Below are positions 1-8,129 of a DNA stretch of 64,000 nucleotides, in pieces. Numbering within the stretch: position 1 is the first letter of the stretch; every line of letters starts with the position of its first letter. Source of the DNA: an uncultured Pseudomonadota bacterium (GTDB taxonomy: Bacteria > Myxococcota_A > Polyangia > Fen-1088); NCBI GenBank assembly GCA_963847705.1, contig CAWKBC010000034.1:227902-291901 (forward strand). Direction: 5' to 3'. The notes under the pieces were generated by a model. The model searched no databases. It saw nothing but the letters and a program-made list of their open reading frames with translations, and had not been told where the DNA came from. The position numbers were made by a program, and so were the translations under genes.

Positions 1-1050
1 GGGATTGGTCCCCCCCGAGTACGACCCCGCCCGTTCGTCGTCGTTCGCGAACACGTAGATGTAGTGCGCCCCGATGATCACCTCTTTCTTGAACACCGCG
101 CCGACGTGCCCGTGCGCCACGAACGTCGACTCCTGCGGCACCGGCCCCGGATACGGGTCCCAGGCCGGCAGATTCTCGTTCGCGCTCACGCTCGCCGTAT
201 TTCCTGCCGGCGGACCGTAGAACGGGATCGGCTCCAGCTTGCCGCCGAACCCCTCCTCGACCTCGAAGGTCCAGTCGTCGACGTCATAGTCGTACGTCGC
301 CGTCTCGCCCGCCGTGTGCGTCCGACCGAACAGGTATGTCTCGTACCGGCCCGCGTCGTAACGACCGGCCGCGCCGTAGCGGTTGGTGTACGCCCCGGCG
401 ATCAGCGTCAGCCGCGCGTTCTCGCTCACGAACTCCGGCCAGGTCATCGAGAGGAACGCCTCGTTGATCCCCAGGTTCGACTCCAGCCGCCGGTAGCCCG
501 AGTCGGTGATGTTGTAGGAGGCGATCTGCACCGTCGCCTTCACCCGGTCGTTGCCGTAGTGGAAGTTCAGCTCGGTCCAGGGGCCGACCATGCTGTTCGT
601 GTAGCGCCAGTCGATGTAGTTGGCGTCCGGCACCAGCGGCGGCGTCCGCAACTGCGTCCCCGCGTTCCCGGGCGCGAACGGGTTCTGCGTCGTCGGCGGC
701 CCCCACGAAAAGCGCAGCGGCGCCCGGAAGTACCCGGTCACGTCGAACTTCCACTCGCCGGTCGCCGGCTCCTCGGGCGCGGCCGGCGCCGACTCCGTCG
801 TGGTGTTCGCCAGGCCCCCCACCTGCGGCGCCTCCGGGCTGAGCCCCAGCGCCGGCGCGCTGCCGCCCTTCTTCTTCGGCGCCGCCGCCGGTGCCGCGGC
901 GGGCGCCGCGGGCGTCACCTCCGGCGCTGCAGCAGCGGCCGGCGCCTCTTGGGCGAAGACCGACGACGAGAGAGGGGGAACCGCCAGCAGGAGACTCGTC
1001 AAAGCGATCGACCGACCGACCGGTCGAATCAAGGACACCAGGTTTCTCAT
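1..1050 (-). CDS. Secreted outer-membrane beta-barrel / porin-like protein, runs off the left edge of the window
   Basis: Not in the ORF track because it has no stop in the window. Manual translation from ATG 1050: MRNLVSLIRPVGRSIALTSLLLAVPPLSSSVFAQ (signal peptide), an Ala/Pro linker, then aromatic amphipathic strands (WKFDVTGYFRAPLRFSWG, WTELNFHYGNDRVKATVQI, YTNRYGAAGRYDAGRYETYLFGRTH). Frame is open to position 1. Confidence 0.75.
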   Translation of the reverse strand, partial: MRNLVSLIRPVGRSIALTSLLLAVPPLSSSVFAQEAPAAAAAPEVTPAAPAAAPAAAPKKKGGSAPALGLSPEAPQVGGLANTTTESAPAAPEEPATGEWKFDVTGYFRAPLRFSWGPPTTQNPFAPGNAGTQLRTPPLVPDANYIDWRYTNSMVGPWTELNFHYGNDRVKATVQIASYNITDSGYRRLESNLGINEAFLSMTWPEFVSENARLTLIAGAYTNRYGAAGRYDAGRYETYLFGRTHTAGETATYDYDVDDWTFEVEEGFGGKLEPIPFYGPPAGNTASVSANENLPAWDPYPGPVPQESTFVAHGHVGAVFKKEVIIGAHYIYVFANDDERAGSYSGGTNP

Positions 1051-1063
1051 CGTCCGTGACCCC

Positions 1064-1079
1064 AGCAACGGTCGCGCCA
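1064..1079 (-). promoter_or_regulatory. sigma54 (RpoN) -24/-12 promoter for the porin-like gene
   Basis: Minus strand reads TGGCGC-GACCG-TTGCT, against consensus TGGCAC-N5-TTGCW with exact GG-N10-GC spacing. It ends 13 nt upstream of ATG 1050. Confidence 0.65.
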
Positions 1080-1127
1080 ACGTGGCTCCTGCCCGAAACA
1101 GGCCTCCCCGGCTTCCTGGACGGGGTC

Positions 1128-1160
1128 CCGGACGTCCGCCGGACGTCCGCCGGACGTCCG
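1128..1160. repeat. Perfect 3 x 11-bp tandem repeat CCGGACGTCCG, each unit containing the palindrome CGGACGTCCG
   Basis: Units at 1128-1138, 1139-1149 and 1150-1160, between two divergent sigma54 motifs. Confidence 0.9.
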
Positions 1161-1198
1161 AACGGCGAGGAACTGCGCCCGAAACCACCGGGTCGCGG

Positions 1199-1214
1199 TG
1201 GCACCGAGGTTGCT
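1199..1214 (+). promoter_or_regulatory. sigma54 -24/-12 promoter for the TPR-PEGA/lipoprotein operon
   Basis: TGGCAC-CGAGG-TTGCT is a perfect consensus match, about 90 nt upstream of ATG 1303. Confidence 0.75.
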
Positions 1215-1302
1215 GACACCGAGGTCGCACGAGCGAATCGCCAACACCAGACAGGTAGGAGCCGGCGATGCGACGAACACGTATGATGGCTGGAAATGGC
1301 CG

Positions 1303-2457
1303 ATGGTCGCTAGGCGGAGGGGGCTGAGAAGCACGGCGCTGCTCGCCGGGCTGTTGGCGCTCGGCGCGGCGCGGATCGGGCACGCCGACGATCCGCGGGG
1401 CGAGGCGCGCGCCCACTACGCCAGGGGGGTGGAGCTCACCGGCCAGAATGGGTACGAGGAGGCGCTGCGCGAATTCAACGCGGCGTACGCCATCAGCCCG
1501 CAGTTCGCCGTGCTCTACAACATCGGCCAGGCGCACATCGCGCTCGGGCACACCGTGGAGGCGATCGAGGCGCTCACGCGATATCTGCGCGACGGCGGCG
1601 ATCGGATCTCGCCCACCCGCCGCACGCAGGTGGAGCGACAGATCGCCGGGCTGCGCTCCACCCTGCCCAACCCGGAGGGGACGTCCGAGGCCGAGGCCGC
1701 GCGGGCGAACGCGGCCGCGGCGGCGGCGGCCGCCGGCGAGGCGATCGAGGCGGCATCCGAGGGCTCGCGCGCCGCCAGCGTCGCCCACCCGGGAACGTTG
1801 ACCATCCGCTGCCCGGAGCCCGGCCTCAAGCTCTCGCTCGACGGCAAGCGGATCGATCTGGCCACCTCGAGCCGCGGCGTGGCCCTGCCAGGAGGGGTGC
1901 ATCATCTCGTTCTGTCCGCCCCCGGACGGCGCTCCGTGGAAGAGAGCCTGGAGATCGCGGAGGGGGGCGTCGCTCTGGTCGTCTGCGAAAATCTCCCGGC
2001 GGCCACGGCCTCACCGGCCATCGTGCCGTTGCAACCAATCGGCCCGCCGGTGTTTGCCGCCGTCCCCACCAGCGCCGAGACGCCGACGATCCACGCGAGG
2101 ACCGTGGCCTACCTCCTGGGCGGCCTCGGCGTGGCGCTCGGAGGAACCGCCATCGGCGTCTACTTCTGGAACCGCGCGCAGTACCACGATGTGCAGGCGG
2201 AGGGGAAAGGCCTCACCCCGATTCCGCCGCCGAACCAATACGAGCAGGCCGTCCAGTACAACGCGGATGTCGACGCGCTCCACCGCAACAGCGTTCTCAC
2301 CGTGGGGCTCGCGGTGACGAGCATCTGCCTGCTCGCCGGCGGCGCCTATCTTTATCTCCACGAGCGAAGACACGACTCCCGGACGGGACAGGCCGACGCC
2401 TCGGGGAGCTGGGCCTCGGTCACGCCGGGCGGCGTCTTCTGGAACGCCGTTTGGTGA
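1303..2457 (+). CDS. Secreted TPR + PEGA-like domain protein with hydrophobic C-terminal anchor
   Basis: Signal peptide (RRRGLRSTALLAGLLALGAARIGHA), TPR helices (ARAHYARG..YEEALREFNAAY..VLYNIGQAH), PEGA-like beta domain (GTLTIRC..LSLDG..LPGGVHHLVLSAPG), two hydrophobic helices, and C-terminus GVFWNAVW. Start placed at ATG 1303 (ORF track 1198). Confidence 0.85.
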   Translation: MVARRRGLRSTALLAGLLALGAARIGHADDPRGEARAHYARGVELTGQNGYEEALREFNAAYAISPQFAVLYNIGQAHIALGHTVEAIEALTRYLRDGGDRISPTRRTQVERQIAGLRSTLPNPEGTSEAEAARANAAAAAAAAGEAIEAASEGSRAASVAHPGTLTIRCPEPGLKLSLDGKRIDLATSSRGVALPGGVHHLVLSAPGRRSVEESLEIAEGGVALVVCENLPAATASPAIVPLQPIGPPVFAAVPTSAETPTIHARTVAYLLGGLGVALGGTAIGVYFWNRAQYHDVQAEGKGLTPIPPPNQYEQAVQYNADVDALHRNSVLTVGLAVTSICLLAGGAYLYLHERRHDSRTGQADASGSWASVTPGGVFWNAVW

Positions 2458-3197
2458 CAACCGTGCGTCGCACAACCTCGAGCTCGATTCGGTTCGCGCT
2501 GCTCTCGGCGGCGCTGCTCTCGCCCGCCTGCTTCAGCCTGCCGAAAGCCGACGTCAGCACCCACGTGATCGCCGACTTCGAGGAGGACGCCGGCGCTGGC
2601 CTCCTCCCCACCTGGAGCGCGTTCACAAAATGGACCTGCAGCGCTTTCGCCATCCGCGATCAAAGCACCGGTGACGCCGGGGCCGATGGTGGATCCCTCA
2701 CCGACGCCGGTCAGCCCCCGAGCGTCGACGGGGGTCCGCCCCTGGCGTGCATCTTGGGCCCCGGCGACGGCAACCCACACGGGCTGGCGGCGACCTTCGA
2801 CCTGGCCCCACCGAGCAGCACCTTGGGCGTCGCCGTCACCACCGAGACAATGTCCGGAACGGTCGACTTCACCGGCTTCAAGACCTTCCAGTTCGACGCC
2901 AGACTGTATCCGGCCACCAAGGTCCCGCCGGGGACGCAGCTGGAAGTCGAGCTCGGCTGTGCCACGAACACGACAGACGTCGTCGCCTCCCAGATCGCCG
3001 TCATTACCGTGGGGGCACCAATCTGGGCTCCAATCGCTCTTCCTCTGGCCGGCTTTCAGGTCACGCCCAGCTCGCAGAGCCGAACCTCTTGCCTGAGCAC
3101 GGTCGACCGATTGAGCTTCGTCGTCCTTCTCCCCGCGGGGGCAGACCCAATCGCCGGCACGTTGCAGCTCGACAACATCGAGCTGACCAACGACTAG
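2454..3197 (+). CDS. Lipoprotein with carbohydrate-binding-module-like (CBM11/CIA30-type) beta sandwich
   Basis: Lipobox LLSPAC; motifs VIADFE, VDFTGFKTFQFDAR, W..IALPLAGF, GTLQLDNIEL. GTG start overlaps the upstream TGA. Confidence 0.7.
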   Translation: MTTVRRTTSSSIRFALLSAALLSPACFSLPKADVSTHVIADFEEDAGAGLLPTWSAFTKWTCSAFAIRDQSTGDAGADGGSLTDAGQPPSVDGGPPLACILGPGDGNPHGLAATFDLAPPSSTLGVAVTTETMSGTVDFTGFKTFQFDARLYPATKVPPGTQLEVELGCATNTTDVVASQIAVITVGAPIWAPIALPLAGFQVTPSSQSRTSCLSTVDRLSFVVLLPAGADPIAGTLQLDNIELTND

Positions 3198-3201
3198 CCA
3201 C

Positions 3202-4593
3202 TCACTCGTAGGGGTTCTGGGGATCGAACGTGGCGGGGGGGACGGACGGCTTGCCGGCGGCCGCCGCCGGCGCAGCGGAAGAGGCGGCCGAGGTGGGCGC
3301 CGGCCGCGCCGGGTGTCGCCGCGGGGGATGAGCCGCGGCGGATCCGCCCGCGCCCGCGAGCGGGTGAAGGGGCGGGGCGGCGTTCAGCGCGGGCGCCACA
3401 TTCGTGGTGAGCGCTCCGGGCGCCGGCACCGACGGTTGCTCACGCGACGCGAGCGGTGGCTTCGCTGCCGGAGCGTCCGCCTCGTGCGACACCACCAGCG
3501 GCTTCTGTCGGCCCAGGCCCAGCGCCGCGAGAGCCCCCGCGACCGCGAGCGCCGACGCGCCGACGATGAGCCCGATACGACCGGGACGCCAACGCCGCGG
3601 TGCCCGGCTGGCCGGTTCGACGGCGCCCACGCTCCCGCGCGTCTCGCCGCCGATCGGCGAGGGAGGCGTCGACGAGAGGCGCGCCGCGCCCGAGTCGTCG
3701 AGCTTGGGGGCCGGCCAGACCTCGCGCCTGACGAAGGGCGCGAGCGCCTCCACCAGCGCCCCGGCCGACGCCGGACGCGCCGCCGGCTCGGGGGCCAGCG
3801 CGCCGGCGACGATCGCCAGAAAGCCGACGGGCAGGTCGGCCACGACGGACTCCAGCGGCACCGCCGGCTGCGTGGCGATGTGGTGAAGGATGGCGTTGTG
3901 CGATTCGCCGGGGTGCGGTTTCCGCCCCGAGCAGAGCTCGTAGAGGATCGCCCCCAGCGCGTAGACGTCCGAGCGCTGGTCGACGACCTTGTCGCCACGC
4001 GCCTGCTCCGGGGACATGTACGCCACGGTCCCGACCACCGCGCCGGTCCGCGTCGCCGCGTTCAGCTCGTCGATCGTCTGCAGCTTGGCGACCCCGAAGT
4101 CGAGCACCTTCAGCAGATCGGTCCCGTCCTGCCGCCGGCAGACGAACAGGTTCTGCGGCTTGAGGTCGCGGTGGATGATCCCCGCGGCGTGCGCGACCTC
4201 CATCCCGCGGCCGGCCTGCGACACCAGATCGGCGGCGCGTCCGACGGGCAGGGTCCCTTCGCGCCCCAGGAGCGCCGTCAAGCTCTCGCCGACCAGGTAC
4301 TCCATCACGATGTAGGGCGCGCCGTCCTCGGCGATGCCGAAGTCGACCGCCGCCGCCACGTGCTCGCTCTCCAGGGCGCCGGCCGCCTCGGCCTCGCGCT
4401 GGAACCGCGTCAGGATGTCCCGCCGCTCGGCGAGATCGCGACGCATGAACTTCACCGCGAAGCGGCGCCGCACGACCGTGTGCTGCGCCTCGTACACCAC
4501 GCCCATCCCCCCTTGAGCCAGCAGGCGAACGATCCGGTACTTGGCCCCGACGAGCTCTCCCACCCGCGCGACCGCCACCGAGCCGCTGGTCAT
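3202..4593 (-). CDS. Membrane-anchored Hanks-type Ser/Thr protein kinase
   Basis: GGMGVVY, AVK, HRDLKPQN, DFG and GTVAYMSPEQ motifs; one TM helix (IGLIVGASALAVAGALAALGL); Pro/Ala-rich tail ending FDPQNPYE. Confidence 0.95.
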   Translation of the reverse strand: MTSGSVAVARVGELVGAKYRIVRLLAQGGMGVVYEAQHTVVRRRFAVKFMRRDLAERRDILTRFQREAEAAGALESEHVAAAVDFGIAEDGAPYIVMEYLVGESLTALLGREGTLPVGRAADLVSQAGRGMEVAHAAGIIHRDLKPQNLFVCRRQDGTDLLKVLDFGVAKLQTIDELNAATRTGAVVGTVAYMSPEQARGDKVVDQRSDVYALGAILYELCSGRKPHPGESHNAILHHIATQPAVPLESVVADLPVGFLAIVAGALAPEPAARPASAGALVEALAPFVRREVWPAPKLDDSGAARLSSTPPSPIGGETRGSVGAVEPASRAPRRWRPGRIGLIVGASALAVAGALAALGLGRQKPLVVSHEADAPAAKPPLASREQPSVPAPGALTTNVAPALNAAPPLHPLAGAGGSAAAHPPRRHPARPAPTSAASSAAPAAAAGKPSVPPATFDPQNPYE

Positions 4594-6017
4594 TCTCGCC
4601 GCTCGTCCGCCTTGCGGAGCGCCTCCAGGTCGACGGCCTGCCCCTCCATCAAACGATAGGCGCGCTGGCGGCTGATTCCCAGCATGGCGGCGGCGCGCGC
4701 CACGTTGCCCCCCGAGGCCCGCAGGGCAACGACGAGCGCCGGCAGCTCGACCGGCTCGGGTGACCCACCCGGCGCCGGGCGCTCGGCGCCGGATGACCTG
4801 GCGACCAGCTCGGGCGGAGACGACGCGCTCGAGCTGCCGGCGCTCCCGGCGCTCCCTGCTTGGCCGGCGATCCGTTCCGGCAGATGCTGCGCGCGCAGCG
4901 TGACGTCGCTACCGTGCAGGGTCACCAGGCGCTTGGCCAGCAGCACCAGCTCGCGCACGTTGAAGGGCCAGTCGTGCATGCAGAGCCGCTCCGCGAAGTC
5001 GCTCTCCATCGCGGGGACACGCCCCTGCCCGATCTCCTCCAGGAGGCGCGAGAAGAGAGGCAGCACGTCCTCGCGGCGCTTGCGCAGCGGCGGCAGGCGG
5101 ACGGTCAGCCCGTCGAGGCGCGCCAGCAGATCGGCCCGAAAGCGCCCCGCCCGCACCGCCTCGATGAGCGGCTGCTGGCCGGCGACCACCACGCGCACGT
5201 CGATCGGGACCGGGTGAACCTCGCCGAGCGGCTGCACCTCGCGCTCCTCGAGGACGCGCAGCAGCTTGGCCTGGAGCCCGAGCGGCAGGTCCGAGACCTC
5301 GTCGAGCAGCAGGGTTCCCCCCTGCGCGCCCCGAAAAAACCCGGCGCTGGCCCGATCCGCGCCTGTGAAGGCGCCGCGGCGATAGCCGAACAGCTCCCCC
5401 TCGGCCAGCCCCTCGGGGAGCGCCGCGCAGTTGACGGCGGACAGCGGCCCCGACCGGCCGCTCCAGCGGTGGAGCGCCCGGGCCGCCAGCTCCTTGCCGG
5501 TCCCGGTCTCCCCCTCGAGGACGATCGGCAGGTCGCTGACCGCCGCCGTGCGCAGCGGCGCCAGCGCCGCTTGCAGCATGGCGCCGCCCCAGAGGCCGGG
5601 CGCGATCTGCGTGAATTCACCGCCGCTGGCCGCCACCACGCCGACCCAGCCGCCGAGACGCACGACGTCGCCCACGCCGAGCTGCGCCTCCGAGACCGGG
5701 CGGCCGTTCACGCGGACACCGTTGCGGCTGCCCAGGTCGGCGATGCGCACGCCCGAACCGGGCGAACCGGGCGAACCGAGCTCGACGTGCAAGATCGCGT
5801 GCCTCCGCGAGACATCGTTGCCCGTCAGGCAGACGTCCGAGGCCTCGTCCCGTCCGATCGTCAGCTCGCGCTTGCGCTCTCCGTGCAGCGCGACCGGCGC
5901 GCTCGAGCGAGGAAATAGCCAGACCAACGCGGCTTCCTGGGAGTCCACGCTCGCGGCCGAGGCCGCCTCGGTAACCGTCGTGTTACCCCCGCCCGAGCTC
6001 ATTGGTGGCCGATCCAT
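4590..6017 (-). CDS. FHA-domain sigma54-dependent transcriptional activator (bEBP)
   Basis: FHA (IGR..VSRRHA..DLGSRNG), Walker A GETGTGKE, GAFTGA, LLLDEV, WPFNVREL, Fis-type HTH (GGNVARAAAMLGISR). Its stop overlaps the kinase ATG. Confidence 0.95.
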   Translation of the reverse strand: MDRPPMSSGGGNTTVTEAASAASVDSQEAALVWLFPRSSAPVALHGERKRELTIGRDEASDVCLTGNDVSRRHAILHVELGSPGSPGSGVRIADLGSRNGVRVNGRPVSEAQLGVGDVVRLGGWVGVVAASGGEFTQIAPGLWGGAMLQAALAPLRTAAVSDLPIVLEGETGTGKELAARALHRWSGRSGPLSAVNCAALPEGLAEGELFGYRRGAFTGADRASAGFFRGAQGGTLLLDEVSDLPLGLQAKLLRVLEEREVQPLGEVHPVPIDVRVVVAGQQPLIEAVRAGRFRADLLARLDGLTVRLPPLRKRREDVLPLFSRLLEEIGQGRVPAMESDFAERLCMHDWPFNVRELVLLAKRLVTLHGSDVTLRAQHLPERIAGQAGSAGSAGSSSASSPPELVARSSGAERPAPGGSPEPVELPALVVALRASGGNVARAAAMLGISRQRAYRLMEGQAVDLEALRKADERRE

Positions 6018-6136
6018 TGATAACACGGCCCGGCCTCGGGGCGGCGAAAGAGCGGTCCCCGCCCGGAGCCGCCAGCCACCTGCGGCACCTGGGGGCTCCC
6101 GCGGCGTGCGGGGAGCAGCGCTGCGCGGCGGTCAGG

Positions 6137-6754
6137 TCAGGAGGCGCGGCGGAAGGTGAACGGCCGCTCGACGCGGACCGCCCCGCCGCGGGGCTGGGCG
6201 AATGACCAGCGGCTCATCGCCGCCTTCACGCAGTCCATGAGCTCGAGGTCGACCGGCGTGGCAGCCACCACCTCCGTCGGGCCGGTCAGACCAGAAGGCT
6301 CGATGGTCCAGCGCAGCAGCAGCTCGTCGGCGACCACCTTGGACAGCGCAACCCGCTTGGCGCGCGCCACGTCGACCCTGCAGTTCTCGATCGTTTCGAA
6401 GTTGGCCTGGATGTCCTGGGCCAGCCGCACCGGATCGGTGGTCCCCTCCAGCGGCCGGGGCGGTGGGGCGTCCGCGATGTCGGCCGCCACCGGCTTGATC
6501 GACTTCTCGCTGTTGCCAGCCCACTGCAGCTCGGCCGGAACGGGCGTCGGCCCGGGCGTCGTGGCCGACTCGGGCACGACGCCGACCTTCCCCGTCTCGT
6601 ACAGCGAGGGGCCCGAGACCAGGTTCGCGGGCGACAGCTGATCCGCAGCAGCGGGCGAGATTGCCGCCGGCTGGGCTTGCGCCGGTGTCACGAGCCCGAA
6701 CACCAGCACCAGCGGCGCCCCAAACTTCGAGCAGACGACACGGCCGAGCTTCAT
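6137..6754 (-). CDS. Secreted protein with AgmX/PglI-type (TonB-C-like) C-terminal domain
   Basis: Signal peptide, then IENC...LLLRWTIEPSG...LMDCVKAAMSRWSFAQPRGGAVRVERPFTF. Confidence 0.7.
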   Translation of the reverse strand: MKLGRVVCSKFGAPLVLVFGLVTPAQAQPAAISPAAADQLSPANLVSGPSLYETGKVGVVPESATTPGPTPVPAELQWAGNSEKSIKPVAADIADAPPPRPLEGTTDPVRLAQDIQANFETIENCRVDVARAKRVALSKVVADELLLRWTIEPSGLTGPTEVVAATPVDLELMDCVKAAMSRWSFAQPRGGAVRVERPFTFRRAS

Positions 6755-6841
6755 GACGACCTTTCCGACCGAGCTCCTGTAACGATGATCCTGACAGCAA
6801 CCTGTCCATCGCCCGGCGCTGAACAAGGGCGACCGCAGCCG

Positions 6842-8062
6842 TCAATACTTAAACCAGCGCATCTCGGGCGGACCGTTGAGGTCGAACAGGAAGCCGAACC
6901 CGAAGTTGATGAGGCCGTTGGCCTCGATCAGCTGGCGCGGCGGATTGGGAAACGGAGCCGCCTGCTTGAACGCCTCGATCGCCTCGTCGTCGAGAAAATC
7001 GAGCCCGCTCGGCTGATAGACGGCCACGTTGCCGAGGCGCCCGTCCGGCTTGAGCTGGATGCGGAGCTCGGTGTACCGGTTCCGCTTGCCGTAGATCATC
7101 CCGGTCGGATCGCGCTGGCGATACGACTCTTCCGGGTGCCAGTGCTCGGCCACCTGGCGCTTGACGCGGTTGAAGAACGAGGCGAACCGCCACTTCTTCG
7201 AGTTGAGCGCCGTCTCCTCGCCGTCGTCGACATTGGCCAGCGCATCCTGCGTCCCCGAGCCGATGGCCCGCGCCAGCTGCTGGTCGGTCGGAACGAGCGC
7301 CAGCCCCGAGCCGCCACGCGCGCCGCCGCCCTGCTTGGGCCGGGCCTCGGCCCCCAGTCCGGAGAAGGCGCCCTGCGGATTGGGGCTCCCTGGATCCAGC
7401 GCGCCGTAGCTCGACCCGGGCCGCCCGGCGCGCGACGGCTCGCCCGTCGCGCCCGTCGCGCCACGCAGGAACCGACCGAGATCGGGGGTTCGCATCGCCA
7501 GCCGGCCGTCTCCCTTCGGCATCGCCGGCTGCGAGGTCGACGCCGTTCCGCTGGCGTCCCCCTGGCGCGCGTTGTCCTCGAAGCGGCCGTATTTCTTGGT
7601 CTCACGCTCGACCGAGCTGTCGTGCTCGGAGACGAACTTGGCGCTGTCGGGGCGCTTCTCCTCGCGCGGCGCCGGGAGGTCGACGATCTGTCCGGGCGGA
7701 TGGACCGATTCTTCTTCCTTGCGGGCCTCTTCGGCCTTGCGCTGCTCTTCCTGCTTCTCGAGATCGGCGACGATCTCGCGGGCCGCGTCGTCGTCGACCG
7801 TGCCGACGTCGATCGATGGACCCTGGTCGCCGCCGGAGAGCCCGCGCGCCAGGTCAGCGCTGCGCGGCGCGTAGAAGTAGAGGCCGATTCCGACGAGCAG
7901 CACGAGCTCGGCGTGCAAGAGCGCCGCGATGGCGAGCCAAAAGCCAATCCGACGGCTGCCGCCTGGCCGACGGCTGCCGCCGCGCCGACCGCTGGTGTGC
8001 GAATCCCTTCGGCCTCTTTCTCCTGGGCCGGGACTCGAATCGCGTTGGCCGGTTACGCGCAT
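6842..8062 (-). CDS. TonB family protein
   Basis: N-terminal TM with AALLH, charged/Gly-Pro linker, TonB-C domain (FFNRVKRQVAEHW..PSGLDFLDDEAIEAFKQAAPFPNPP). Confidence 0.85.
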   Translation of the reverse strand: MRVTGQRDSSPGPGERGRRDSHTSGRRGGSRRPGGSRRIGFWLAIAALLHAELVLLVGIGLYFYAPRSADLARGLSGGDQGPSIDVGTVDDDAAREIVADLEKQEEQRKAEEARKEEESVHPPGQIVDLPAPREEKRPDSAKFVSEHDSSVERETKKYGRFEDNARQGDASGTASTSQPAMPKGDGRLAMRTPDLGRFLRGATGATGEPSRAGRPGSSYGALDPGSPNPQGAFSGLGAEARPKQGGGARGGSGLALVPTDQQLARAIGSGTQDALANVDDGEETALNSKKWRFASFFNRVKRQVAEHWHPEESYRQRDPTGMIYGKRNRYTELRIQLKPDGRLGNVAVYQPSGLDFLDDEAIEAFKQAAPFPNPPRQLIEANGLINFGFGFLFDLNGPPEMRWFKY

Positions 8063-8129
8063 CTGGCAGGCTCACCCAGCGTCACAAATCTAGCGCCGCC
8101 GCGGCGAGAATACTCATCGATTTTAGAGC

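Noticed and set aside
64-1219. Long ORFs 64..1059(+), 284..1219(-) and 620..1216(+)
   Set aside because: Shadow frames of the real minus-strand porin-like gene (1050 to <1); Arg/Gly/Pro-rich with no motifs.
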